This document shows positions 19,310-28,970 of a stretch of DNA of 64,000 nucleotides, piece by piece. Numbering within the stretch: the stretch's first letter is position 1; every line of letters starts with the position of its first letter. Below the pieces are notes generated by a model that was not told the origin of the DNA, searched no databases, and worked only from the letters and a program-made list of their open reading frames with translations. A program made the translations under genes and the position numbers. The stretch is from Candidatus Woesearchaeota archaeon (GTDB lineage: Archaea > Nanobdellota > Nanobdellia > Woesearchaeales > GW2011-AR9): contig JBAYIU010000001.1 in assembly GCA_041665465.1 (NCBI GenBank), forward strand, positions 985,332-1,049,331. Reading direction: 5' to 3'.

Positions 19310-21403
19310 ATGGTAAGTTTTGGGTCAGGATCTGGCTATTATAGTCCGATGGATCGGGAGTATGGTAAATCGGTTACTAAAGAGAACACCAATGATGTAG
19401 GAGTAAGTGTGGGAGATATAGGTATTAGTTTAGGATTAGGTGTTGTTCCAAATATTCCTGCCTTAAATGCGCGTTTACGTGGCGGAACTAAAACTGCTGA
19501 ACTTTCATTTATGGGTGCAGGAAAAGGTTCTGGTCAAGGACACACTCCAGAAATGTACGGAGAAATCCAACGTCAAGCTTTACGTGAAATTCAAAAAGCT
19601 AATGAAATTAATTTTACTACTCATGCTACGGTAGGAGTTTATGGTATGGCTGGAATGGACCAGCAAGGTAATTTTTCTAGACATTCTAAAAGTATGGCTG
19701 TTGATGAGATTAAAAGAGCAATAGATTTTGCTGCCGATGTGGCTCGTGGTGGTCCAGTAGTATTACATTCGGGAGAATTCCATCGTCCAGTAGCAGATGC
19801 AGAATGGAACAAGGATAAACGATTTAGCATGTATGAAGGAGAAGAAGAACGTACTGCTTTCAGGGTTGTAGATACTAGAACCGGACAGGTAATCCAAGAA
19901 GCGCGTAAAAATCGAGCTGTTTCTCGTCCAGTGTGGAACACTACCGAAAAGGGGATGGAATACGTTGAGAATGGCCAGAAGAAAGTTGCTCAAGGAGAAA
20001 AGGATGAACGCGGACGACTAATTTATGTAGATTATCTAGGTAACCGATTACCCGATGAACAGCGTGTTCCTAAGATGAGTAAAGATGGTCAAAACTTTGA
20101 AGTTAAACAAATGGGTTGGGATGCGTTAATAGAAGAATCTAAACAGATGACCTTAAGAGCTCAAGAGGATTTTGAGAAATGGAAATCCGGGAAGTTTAGT
20201 GAGGAAGAAGCTAAGAAATCTCGTTGGTCACGATTCTTTCGTTCAGATCTTACTAAAGATCAAGTTAAAGTTCTGCCTGAAGAAGCATACATTATTTCTA
20301 CTTTAGAAACTAACGCTGCTAACAGTAAAGGGTGGGCAACTTATTATTATGGTAATTTCCAAGATAATATTGAAAATTTAAAGAAATTACAAAAAGCTCG
20401 GGAATTATACGAAAAAATAGAGAAAGAAACTTCTGAAGACGAAAAATGGAAATTGAAACAGCAAGCTCATTCCATCTTAGGCAATCTCCTTCCATCAGAA
20501 TCTAAATTTCCTACGGAGATGATCGATGACGCTTTGGATCAAATTAAAAGACAGATGAGGCAAGCTCAAGAAGGTTCTTCCTCACAGTTGGCCCAAGCAG
20601 CAGAAGCAGAAGAAACAATTAGGCATGTGGAGGGAGCAGATGTCTATGCTAAAAAAGAATCTTACGATGCTTATGCTCAAGCAGCAATCTATACTATGAA
20701 AAAATCTCAAGAGTTAGAGAGGAAAGGAACGATCAAGAAACCTATTTTCTTAGCTATGGAAAATCTTTATCCCGAAACTTATGGAGCCCATCCGGATGAA
20801 CTTAAAGATTTAGTTCTTAGAAGTCGAGAAAGAATGGCTCAAATGCTGGTGGAAAAGAATAAGATTTCTAGTGAAGAAGCTAAAAGTTTAGCTGATAAAC
20901 ATATCGGAGCTACTTTTGATACTGGCCATTTTAACATGTGGAGAAAGTATTGGCAAGGAGATTCTAATAAGACTTTAGAGGATAACGATAAAGATTTTAA
21001 TAAATGGTTCTTGAAGAGAGTAGAAGATCTGGCCAAGTCAGGGGTAGTAAAACATTTGCATTTGGTAGATAATTACGGATATCAAGATGAACATCTTGCT
21101 CCTGGGCAAGGTAATACTCCTATTCGTGACGTTATCAAGATCTTTAAAGAAAATGGGTTCAAAGGAGAATTGATCGTTGAGCCCGGTGCCGGAAGTAATG
21201 TTGATTCATCTCCCTCTAGCTTTATGACTAACGCTTGGAGTTATTTTGGCAGTTCAATTCATAGTTATTCTGGCGGTGGAGGGAAAACGTGGAAAGATGT
21301 TCAACATGGGTATTTTGGGCAGACTCAACCTCCTTACTTTACTTTTGCTCCTTATTCTCCTTCAGAAGATTGGACTTTATGGAGCGGAACACCTTTAGAA
21401 TAG
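19310..21403 (+). CDS. Xylose-isomerase-like/AP endonuclease 2 TIM-barrel protein with large helical insertion
   Basis: Metal-ligand motifs THA, VLHSGE, MENL, FDTGH, HLHLVDN, DEHLAPG, IVEP. Confidence 0.8.
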   Translation: MVSFGSGSGYYSPMDREYGKSVTKENTNDVGVSVGDIGISLGLGVVPNIPALNARLRGGTKTAELSFMGAGKGSGQGHTPEMYGEIQRQALREIQKANEINFTTHATVGVYGMAGMDQQGNFSRHSKSMAVDEIKRAIDFAADVARGGPVVLHSGEFHRPVADAEWNKDKRFSMYEGEEERTAFRVVDTRTGQVIQEARKNRAVSRPVWNTTEKGMEYVENGQKKVAQGEKDERGRLIYVDYLGNRLPDEQRVPKMSKDGQNFEVKQMGWDALIEESKQMTLRAQEDFEKWKSGKFSEEEAKKSRWSRFFRSDLTKDQVKVLPEEAYIISTLETNAANSKGWATYYYGNFQDNIENLKKLQKARELYEKIEKETSEDEKWKLKQQAHSILGNLLPSESKFPTEMIDDALDQIKRQMRQAQEGSSSQLAQAAEAEETIRHVEGADVYAKKESYDAYAQAAIYTMKKSQELERKGTIKKPIFLAMENLYPETYGAHPDELKDLVLRSRERMAQMLVEKNKISSEEAKSLADKHIGATFDTGHFNMWRKYWQGDSNKTLEDNDKDFNKWFLKRVEDLAKSGVVKHLHLVDNYGYQDEHLAPGQGNTPIRDVIKIFKENGFKGELIVEPGAGSNVDSSPSSFMTNAWSYFGSSIHSYSGGGGKTWKDVQHGYFGQTQPPYFTFAPYSPSEDWTLWSGTPLE

Positions 21404-21428
21404 AGGAACTTCTGTTGTAAGTTAAAAA

Positions 21429-21445
21429 CCTCGCTTAAGGCGAGG
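21429..21445. other. Short GC-rich intergenic hairpin
   Basis: CCTCGC-TTAAG-GCGAGG 26 nt downstream of the TIM-barrel gene. Confidence 0.4.
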
Positions 21446-21611
21446 CGAAAAGAAGGTGTTGGCGTCGAAAGTGTGTTTTAGGTATAGATAAATTAACTTG
21501 TTTATAAACTACTGGAACTTAAGCTAAAGAAGGTAAATTAAGAAAAAAGATACATAACCTTTTTAAAGCGAAAAAGGATTTGTTACTCCTAAGTAAGTTG
21601 GGGGTAAACTA

Positions 21612-22319
21612 ATGTATCAATTATTTTTCACACCGTCTTGGTTTCAAGGGTATGATTTGGTCTTTGAAGGAATCAGCTTAATTATAGCCCTGCTTATTGC
21701 TGGATACAGCTTAAAAGTTTATCGTATGAGTAAGGAAACTAAGTATGGTTACTTCTCTTTCGCTTTCTTGTTTATCGCTTTAAGCTTAGCTTTAAAGATG
21801 TTCACTTATGGAGTACTTTATTCCAGCCCGTTAAGAGAAGCGACGGTTACCATACTGGGGCCGGCAGTAGGTCAGGGATTAGAATTTGCAGATCTCTTTT
21901 ATCGGGCCGCTTTCTTCTTACAGATGGTAGTGATGTTAGGGGCATGGTTACTGATCTTCTTTATCTCTCAAAAGTCTAGGCAGAGGTTACATAACTTCTA
22001 TGAAGTTAGTCAGATGGCTCTTTTTGTTTATCTGATCTTCTTGATTTCAGTAGTAAGCAACTTTAAATATTCCGTATTTTATCTTACCAGCGCAGTTATT
22101 TTGGGTTTAACTGTGTTGAATTATTTCAAGAATTATCTTAGTACTAACTGCAATCGTAATGCTTTCTTAGTAATGGTAAGCTTTATGTTTATGTTGTTTA
22201 GTAATATTGCCTTTATTTTTGTGTTTTTGTGGGACAGTATGTATGTAGTAGGAGAAGTTTTACTTTTGGTAGGATTTTTACTTTTACTTTACACTTATAA
22301 CCGGGTGACCAAGAAATAA
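21612..22319 (+). CDS. Seven-TM membrane protein
   Basis: About seven hydrophobic helices; stop overlaps start of the downstream wHTH gene. Confidence 0.75.
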   Translation: MYQLFFTPSWFQGYDLVFEGISLIIALLIAGYSLKVYRMSKETKYGYFSFAFLFIALSLALKMFTYGVLYSSPLREATVTILGPAVGQGLEFADLFYRAAFFLQMVVMLGAWLLIFFISQKSRQRLHNFYEVSQMALFVYLIFLISVVSNFKYSVFYLTSAVILGLTVLNYFKNYLSTNCNRNAFLVMVSFMFMLFSNIAFIFVFLWDSMYVVGEVLLLVGFLLLLYTYNRVTKK

Positions 22320-22609
22320 TGGCCGCTAGAAGATCTCGTTTAGAACTTATTTTTGACATTCTTTTGTCTATCCAAAACAAAGGAGGAAGAATCAAGCCGA
22401 CCCATTTAATGTACAAATCTAATCTTTCTCATAAATTGTTAAACATGTACATGGAAGAGTTGTTAGGGAAGGAGTTGATTGCAGTTGAGGAAGAATTTCA
22501 TAAAAAGAGAGAAGTGCCTTCAAAAGTAATCTTATTGACTGATAAGGGATCGATGTTTCTAGCAGAATATAGAAGAATGCGCGAATTTACGGATGCATTT
22601 GGGTTGTAA
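22319..22609 (+). CDS. Winged-helix transcriptional regulator (archaeal HTH_45-like)
   Basis: RRSRLELIFDIL...KPTHLMYKSNLS...LTDKG. Confidence 0.88.
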   Translation: MAARRSRLELIFDILLSIQNKGGRIKPTHLMYKSNLSHKLLNMYMEELLGKELIAVEEEFHKKREVPSKVILLTDKGSMFLAEYRRMREFTDAFGL

Positions 22610-22634
22610 AATTAAATAATTTGGAGTTGATAAA

Positions 22635-22973
22635 ATGGCCATACCTATTGATGATTTAGTTGTTCCGGAAGGGTTTAGAATGGAGTTAGTAAGCGGTGCA
22701 GAGAGATATAATGCCCAAATTCTAACCGTTCCTGGATTTAATTTAAAGAAACCAGTGGAAATTCATGTTGGTCCTGGAGGAAGGGAAGGGGTTCTTTTAG
22801 CCGATATAAGAATTCCAGTGGGATACTTTGTCAGTGGTTTTGGGGGATCTAACGAACAAGCAGCTTATCGATTATTTAAACAAATGGATGATATTCGTAA
22901 TAACAGAAAGCCCGGACATTGGTTTTCTCCCAGTGATTTGGAAACTCTTGCTGGTTATTATGAATCGGTTTAA
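22635..22973 (+). CDS. Hypothetical protein
   Basis: ORF with GGAG SD. Confidence 0.55.
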   Translation: MAIPIDDLVVPEGFRMELVSGAERYNAQILTVPGFNLKKPVEIHVGPGGREGVLLADIRIPVGYFVSGFGGSNEQAAYRLFKQMDDIRNNRKPGHWFSPSDLETLAGYYESV

Positions 22974-22993
22974 TAATGCTTAGGAGAAGATAA

Positions 22994-23224
22994 ATGGGAA
23001 GATACTTTCGTGAAACTTATTGTCTGGGTGTTGCATCAGAGAATGTTTTACATAGATTAAGTGCTCTAGGTTCTCATGTACAAGATAATGTTTATCATAT
23101 CTATGATTTCACCGTTAAGGTTACTAGAGTAACTGAAGGAGGTCCTAAATCCCTCTTGACCGTTTCTGGTCAACATGAACATCTCGAAGGAGTAGAAGGA
23201 TTGTTGAGGGAGTTGGGGTCTTAA
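22994..23224 (+). CDS. Hypothetical protein
   Basis: ORF with AGGAG SD. Confidence 0.5.
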   Translation: MGRYFRETYCLGVASENVLHRLSALGSHVQDNVYHIYDFTVKVTRVTEGGPKSLLTVSGQHEHLEGVEGLLRELGS

Positions 23225-23229
23225 ATAAG

Positions 23230-23862
23230 ATGATCACTCCCGGATACGTTGGATTTTTCGATGAACTGGATCTACCAGAAGAACTTCTCCAGAAGCCGCT
23301 ATCTTTAGAAGCGTTTTTTAAATCTCAGAAACAACTGAATGATTCTCGTGTGTTTTATCTTAAGGTTCTAGCAGGATTGGAATTAGAAGAACTGATTCAA
23401 CCAAGCATGATGCGTGAGCTAACTCCAAAAGGACAAGAAATATTTCAGGAATATTTTTCTCAAGCAAGGGACCATCTTAACGGAGAAACAACCAATTCTA
23501 ACTTAGATCATCTACTTTTTATGATCCAATCTGTTTCTTTGAGCGTCTATCTACCGGAAGGAGAGAGGTGTAAGTATTGCGAACAGGATATCTTTGTGTA
23601 TGAGATGGCCGACCAGTTATGGAGGACTTACTTTGGAAACCATAAAGATGGTTTATGGCGAGAAATATGTGAGAGAGAGCATTATCCTTACAACTATCTA
23701 CCTTTTCTTGGGGCAATAGATGTGATGAATAAGTGCGTAGAGAAAGGATGGTTGGAAGTAAATCCTCGTGAGATTCAGTATGCTGATCGATGTACGGTTA
23801 AATTTGTTCTGCCTACTGATAAGGAATTAGAAAGAGTGATTCATTCGAGAAAGAAGAATTAA
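23230..23862 (+). CDS. Hypothetical protein
   Basis: 210-aa ORF containing one CxxC. Confidence 0.6.
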   Translation: MITPGYVGFFDELDLPEELLQKPLSLEAFFKSQKQLNDSRVFYLKVLAGLELEELIQPSMMRELTPKGQEIFQEYFSQARDHLNGETTNSNLDHLLFMIQSVSLSVYLPEGERCKYCEQDIFVYEMADQLWRTYFGNHKDGLWREICEREHYPYNYLPFLGAIDVMNKCVEKGWLEVNPREIQYADRCTVKFVLPTDKELERVIHSRKKN

Positions 23863-23905
23863 TCTTCCTAAAACTATTTAAAGTCAATAACTCTGTGTAT
23901 AAAAC

Positions 23906-24568
23906 ATGTTAATCTCGGGAACGGACGAAGCGGGTAGAGGACCAATTTTAGGTCCAATGGTAATGGTAACCCTAGCAGTAGAAGAAGAAGATCTTCAACG
24001 ATTCGAATGGCTAGGGGTTAAAGATTCTAAGATGTTAAGTTCCTCTACCCGAGAAGAGATGTTTGACCGAATCAGAGAAATCGTTAAAGATTTCAGAGTA
24101 GAAGTAATCGAGCCTGATGCAATAGATTTGTCTTTAAGAGAAACAGAATCAAACTTAAACTGGTTGGAAGCAGACACTACCGCTAGAATGATCTCTGAGA
24201 TTGCTCCTAAGAAAGCTTACATTGATTGTCCCAGTACTAATATTCCTGCATATCATCAATATATGTTCAATAAGATCGACCCGGATGTGCGTACTCGAGT
24301 TGATTTGTACATTGAGCATAAAGCTGATGTTAAATATATTGTGGTAAGTGCTGCTTCAGTAGTGGCTAAGGTTATCCGGGATAGAGCAGTAGAAGCGATC
24401 AAAAAGAAGATTAAGATTGATTTCGGTTCTGGATATCTTTCTGATCCTAAAACTCAAGATTTTCTGAAAAATTATCATGATAAATACCCAGAGTTGTTTA
24501 GAAGAATGTGGCGACCGTATAAGGATATAGTTGATAGCAAGAAACAAAGAAGTCTAGGTGAGTTCTAG
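23906..24568 (+). CDS. rnhB: Ribonuclease HII
   Basis: GTDEAGRGP, GVKDSK, SAASVVAKV.RD, GSGY.SDP; C-terminal PIP box QRSLGEF. Confidence 0.96.
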   Translation: MLISGTDEAGRGPILGPMVMVTLAVEEEDLQRFEWLGVKDSKMLSSSTREEMFDRIREIVKDFRVEVIEPDAIDLSLRETESNLNWLEADTTARMISEIAPKKAYIDCPSTNIPAYHQYMFNKIDPDVRTRVDLYIEHKADVKYIVVSAASVVAKVIRDRAVEAIKKKIKIDFGSGYLSDPKTQDFLKNYHDKYPELFRRMWRPYKDIVDSKKQRSLGEF

Positions 24569-24604
24569 ATACTTTTTTAAACTTTAATTATCTTCTCTAG
24601 TATA

Positions 24605-25423
24605 ATGGTAGTATTTACAGGTGTTAAAAAAGAGGACTTGTCTAAGCTTAAAGGTGTAGTTGAAGAAGAACCTAAAACTATTCATGAAGAAGCTCGCTCA
24701 AAAAAGAAAGGGGTTGTTCTAATTTTATATAATTCTGGGAAATTATTATTACAAGGAAAGGCTGCTGATGTTGAAACTCTATCGAAAGAAATACAGAAAC
24801 TAAAGATAGGAAATCTAGAGGAAACTGAACCGTTCAAAAAAGAGTTGGGCTGGATCATTGGCAGCGATGAATCACTTAAAGGGGATACTTTTGGAGGAAT
24901 TACAGTAGCAGCAGTTAAAGCCGATGACGAAATCAGGAAAAAGTTGATAGAAATCGGAGTGGCTGACTCTAAAACCTTAAGCGATCATGAAGTGATTCGT
25001 TTAGCTGAACAAATTAGGTTGATTGCACCTTGTGAAGTCAAGAGTGTTTTCCCAGAAGAGTATAATCAACATAAGGAAAAGGTTACTTTACTTCTCGATC
25101 ATCTTCATCACGAATGTGCTCAGTTCTTACAACCAGGAAAACATATCGTAGATAAATATCCCGGTTGTAATGTTGGAGAGGTTCGGGAAGAGAAAGCTGA
25201 ATCTAAATATGTAGAAGTAGCTGCCGCTTCCATCTTAGCCAGAGACGCAGCCTTGAAACAATTGAGTTCTTTATCTGCATTAGCAGGATTTCATATCCCT
25301 AAAGGTAGTTCTCATGTTAAACTGGGTTTATTAGAGTTAAAACAGAGAAAGTTAGATCCTTCCAGATTTGTCAAGACGGACTTCTGGAATGTCAAGGATT
25401 TTCTCAAAGAAGAAAATCCTTGA
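24605..25423 (+). CDS. rnhC: Ribonuclease HIII-like protein
   Basis: N-terminal TBP-like segment (LILYNSGKLLLQG), GSDESLKGDTFGG, GVADSK, KAES..VEVAAASILAR, PKGS. Confidence 0.8.
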   Translation: MVVFTGVKKEDLSKLKGVVEEEPKTIHEEARSKKKGVVLILYNSGKLLLQGKAADVETLSKEIQKLKIGNLEETEPFKKELGWIIGSDESLKGDTFGGITVAAVKADDEIRKKLIEIGVADSKTLSDHEVIRLAEQIRLIAPCEVKSVFPEEYNQHKEKVTLLLDHLHHECAQFLQPGKHIVDKYPGCNVGEVREEKAESKYVEVAAASILARDAALKQLSSLSALAGFHIPKGSSHVKLGLLELKQRKLDPSRFVKTDFWNVKDFLKEENP

Positions 25424-25481
25424 GCATGATCAAAAGAAATCGTTGTTTCTTTTGACATGTACGAGAGTTTATGGGAGAAGA

Positions 25482-26372
25482 TTAACTATTTTTTAGGTTC
25501 AGTCCAACAATCTGTCGAGAAATTTGTACTAAATATTCTGCTATCATTCGAAAGTTGAATTTAATCTCTTGGTCTTTAATTTGACTAAACCAATTAAAGT
25601 GGGGTTGTTCTTCGGCAATCCAACGAAACTTCTCTTCCGAATAGTCATAATATAAATCATAAACCCGATTAAATAGATCATATAATCGATGATATTCTTT
25701 GAGGATGGTTTTATCCATCTTGACTTTTGGATGATTCACCAGATATCGACGTAGATAATCTAAATGGTTAGCTGTGAGTTCCAAGAATGTAACCAAAAGA
25801 TAAGTGTAATGAGGATACTTATATCCAGTACGATTGATGATTCTTTTCAGAAACATAGTGTATTTGTTGATGGTCATCTCTAAAGAGTTTATTTCTTCCA
25901 ATCGGGAGAGTTCTTTTTGTTCTAATATCTCTTTGAAAGTATGGATCATTTGATGTAACACAAAAAAAGTACGTCTTAGTATGGTGGGAAACTCTTCATC
26001 TAATTGTTTCGAAATTGATTTAATCTTAATTTTATTGGGACTAGTTTCTACAATCTCAAAACCCAGTAGGAGGTTTACCGATTGTTGGATTACCTTAAGT
26101 GTATTTTTGTCTTTAAAGTGTAATATTACTTCATCACAACCAGAGATGTATGCTGGTTGAAGAACTCGCCATACGTACTCTACTTTTGGAGAGATTAGAT
26201 TAATCTCGGTCTTTCGCTCATAAACTTCGGAAGTAGCGGTAGCCACCAGTTTATTGTCAACTTCATTGAAGTTGATATCATCTCCCTTCTTAAGATGATG
26301 TTTCTGGATCCATTTACTGGGAATTGCGGTCATTAGGGTGTGCTTTCCCATTTGAACTAGTTTTCTTTGCAT
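25482..26372 (-). CDS. AbrB-PhoU domain transcriptional regulator
   Basis: MQRKLVQMG...AIPSKW...LKKGD AbrB start; AYISGCD; helical PhoU-like C-terminus. Confidence 0.85.
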   Translation of the reverse strand: MQRKLVQMGKHTLMTAIPSKWIQKHHLKKGDDINFNEVDNKLVATATSEVYERKTEINLISPKVEYVWRVLQPAYISGCDEVILHFKDKNTLKVIQQSVNLLLGFEIVETSPNKIKIKSISKQLDEEFPTILRRTFFVLHQMIHTFKEILEQKELSRLEEINSLEMTINKYTMFLKRIINRTGYKYPHYTYLLVTFLELTANHLDYLRRYLVNHPKVKMDKTILKEYHRLYDLFNRVYDLYYDYSEEKFRWIAEEQPHFNWFSQIKDQEIKFNFRMIAEYLVQISRQIVGLNLKNS

Positions 26373-26478
26373 ATCTCTTAAAATAGCTTCTTTTATTTAT
26401 AAACATTACTAAAAAACTTATATCTTTAAGCTAAAAGCTTAAGTCAAGTATTTGTTTTAAGTTTCTTTGGTGATTAAA

Positions 26479-26814
26479 ATGAAAACATACAAATTTGATT
26501 TAAAGAAAGAGTGGGAAACCCTTTGTGGATTGAAGGATGGTTCGCCATTGAAGATTTATCACTTTAACTTAACGAAAGCTATTGGCGACCCATTTCCACA
26601 TTTTCATCCCCGCGGAAATGAATATTATCTGGTATTAAAAGGAAGGATTGCTTTAAATTTTAATGGGAAAGATATTTGGGTCAAAGCTGGGGAAATGGTA
26701 CAATTCAACCCAAAGGAAATTCATCATGCTCTGCCAAAGATTGACGGTCCAGCGCAGGTAGTGGTCTTTAGACAAGAGTTCGAGAAGGATGACAAAGTTG
26801 AGGTTAAATCATAA
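26479..26814 (+). CDS. Cupin domain protein
   Basis: PHFH...EYYLVLKG...GE...P.EIH; GGTGA SD. Confidence 0.88.
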   Translation: MKTYKFDLKKEWETLCGLKDGSPLKIYHFNLTKAIGDPFPHFHPRGNEYYLVLKGRIALNFNGKDIWVKAGEMVQFNPKEIHHALPKIDGPAQVVVFRQEFEKDDKVEVKS

Positions 26815-26861
26815 TGTCTAATCTCGAACAAAAACCATTTTTAAGTAAGTTAGTTCACAAT

Positions 26862-27506
26862 ATGATAGAAATAATAATTTTTGATTTTGATGGGGTTATT
26901 ATTAATGAATTTGAGGAACATTATTCATTCTATAAAAAACGTATTGAGGGTTTAACTAAAGAAGAATTCAAAAGTCTTTTTGAAGGAAATCTTCATGAAA
27001 AGCTCAAAAGTTTCAAAGAAAGAGATAGAGGTCTTGATCCTCAGGATAATTATGGTCTGTACCAGCGAAGTGTCGATGTTGATTTTAAAATAAAAGAGAT
27101 ATTGAAAAAACTATCCAAAAAATATGTATTAGGAATAATTAGTTCTGGATTAGAAGAAGATCTAAAAATAGCATTACATAATAATGAAATGGGTAGTGTA
27201 TTTACCTTTATTTATGGAAAAGAAACTCATTCCAGTAAAGTTGAAAAGTTTAAACTAGTCTTTGAAAATTATAAAGTTGAACCGAAACAATGTATTTTTG
27301 TAACAGATACCATCGGGGATATTATTGAAGCTAGAAAAGTAGGGGTAGAGTCAATAGCTGTTGATTATGGTTATCATGAGAGAAAAAGAATTCAAAAAGT
27401 TAATCCTCTAAAAATAGTATCCTCTTTTTCTGAAATTAGACGAGCAATTGAATCGGCTTCAAGAAGGCAAAGCTTGAACGGATTAAATCCTCAATTCTCT
27501 ACATAG
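26862..27506 (+). CDS. HAD-superfamily hydrolase
   Basis: FDFDGVI, ISS, K, TDTIGD; likely start at 26862. Confidence 0.88.
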   Translation: MIEIIIFDFDGVIINEFEEHYSFYKKRIEGLTKEEFKSLFEGNLHEKLKSFKERDRGLDPQDNYGLYQRSVDVDFKIKEILKKLSKKYVLGIISSGLEEDLKIALHNNEMGSVFTFIYGKETHSSKVEKFKLVFENYKVEPKQCIFVTDTIGDIIEARKVGVESIAVDYGYHERKRIQKVNPLKIVSSFSEIRRAIESASRRQSLNGLNPQFST

Positions 27507-27588
27507 TTCCTTACTCACTTAATGGCCAACAACTTAATATGTATCTAATCAAGATAATTTTATAAACAACCAAGTTTAACTTCTCCTT

Positions 27589-28356
27589 ATGCCGGACATG
27601 ACTGATGAGCAGCGTAAACAGCTAGAAGAGAAGATTAAAAAGATGTCTCCAGAAGAGCTGAAAGAGTTCCAGAAACAGCAATGTATCTTCTGTCAAATCA
27701 TCTCTGGAAAGATTCCTAGCAAAAAAGTATATTCTGATGATAAGTGTATTGCAGTGATGGATATTAATCCTGCAACTAAGGGCCATGTTTTGATTATGCC
27801 TAAAGAACATTATGCTATCATGCCTCAAATTCCAGATAAGGAAATTGGTCATTTATTCTTAGTTTCTAAATATCTATCACAAGTGGTTCTGAAAACGTTA
27901 AAAGTCTCTGGAACGAACATCTTTGTAGCTAATGGGGGAATTGCTGGCCAGAGAGCACAACATTTCATGATCCATCTAATCCCTAGAAAAGAAGGGGATA
28001 AAATTTTAGAGATAGAAGAGAAACTTATTGATGCTCAGATTATAACTAAAGTAAAAGAACTAGTGCAACCAAAATTACATGCCTTATTGGGGGTTAAAAT
28101 CGAGAAACAAACTACTCTCCCTCAAGAAAAAATAGAGCTTCCTGAAGAAGAAATAGTGGTGGGAAAAAGGGATCATCCGGAAGAATTGTTAGATGTGCCT
28201 GAAGAAGTGGAAGAAGTAGAAGAAGAAAAACCAAAAAAGAAATCTTCTTCCAAAGTTAAGAAAGTTGTTACTAAAGAACCTAAAACCGTATCTAAAAAGA
28301 ATCCTCCAAAAAAAGAAGAAGTAGCACTAGATGATATCGCGGACCTGTTCAAATGA
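27589..28356 (+). CDS. HIT-family protein with degenerate triad and charged C-terminal tail
   Basis: CIFC, DINP..KGH.L..PK.H; triad reads HFMIH. Confidence 0.88.
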   Translation: MPDMTDEQRKQLEEKIKKMSPEELKEFQKQQCIFCQIISGKIPSKKVYSDDKCIAVMDINPATKGHVLIMPKEHYAIMPQIPDKEIGHLFLVSKYLSQVVLKTLKVSGTNIFVANGGIAGQRAQHFMIHLIPRKEGDKILEIEEKLIDAQIITKVKELVQPKLHALLGVKIEKQTTLPQEKIELPEEEIVVGKRDHPEELLDVPEEVEEVEEEKPKKKSSSKVKKVVTKEPKTVSKKNPPKKEEVALDDIADLFK

Positions 28357-28380
28357 GAATTAATCATAACGGAGCAAGCT

Positions 28381-28923
28381 ATGAAATGTGAATATTGCGA
28401 GATGATGGAACGGCAGAATAATCCCGATATCCTTTATGAGGATCCGGAAGTAGTTGTCGCTATAAAGGATTTCTCTTCTATCGCTGGTCAGATTTCCATC
28501 TTTCCTAAACAGCATCATACCATTTTAGAAATGGTTCCGGATGAAGTTATACAGAAATGTTTTATCTTAGCTAATAAGGTTAGCATGACTATTTTTGAGG
28601 GATTAGGAGCTCAGGGAACCAATATCCTGGTCCAGAACGGATTAGGAGCAGGTCAAAAGATACCTCACTTTTCTATCGAGGTTATTCCCCGAAGAGAGGG
28701 AGACGGTTTAAACTTAATGTGGGACCCTAAACAACTTTCTCCAGATGAGATGGATACTGCTTATCTAATGATCAAAGAAGAAGGAGATAAGTTAGTAGAT
28801 ATCGGTAAAAAGAAGAAAGAAGAGAGAAAAGAAGAAGTCAAGGGGGAATCTTCTAAAGACGGGCCTAAGAAAGTTGATAATAAAAATAATTACCTCTTAA
28901 AATCAATTAAAAGATTACCTTAA
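28381..28923 (+). CDS. HIT-like protein with degenerate triad
   Basis: CEYC, PKQH, NG.GAGQ; triad reads HFSIE. Confidence 0.8.
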   Translation: MKCEYCEMMERQNNPDILYEDPEVVVAIKDFSSIAGQISIFPKQHHTILEMVPDEVIQKCFILANKVSMTIFEGLGAQGTNILVQNGLGAGQKIPHFSIEVIPRREGDGLNLMWDPKQLSPDEMDTAYLMIKEEGDKLVDIGKKKKEERKEEVKGESSKDGPKKVDNKNNYLLKSIKRLP

Positions 28924-28970
28924 TTTTGATAAGAACTTTTATAATATTATATCCCTTTAAAGAATAAACC

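Noticed and set aside
19780..20750. Intein as explanation for the TIM-barrel insertion (also considered for polB and nrdJ)
   Set aside because: No C/S...HN-C/S/T splice junctions or LAGLIDADG motifs; polB and nrdJ have normal lengths
21612..22319. Microbial rhodopsin identity for the 7-TM protein
   Set aside because: No DxxxK (or SxxxK) retinal-binding motif in the last helix
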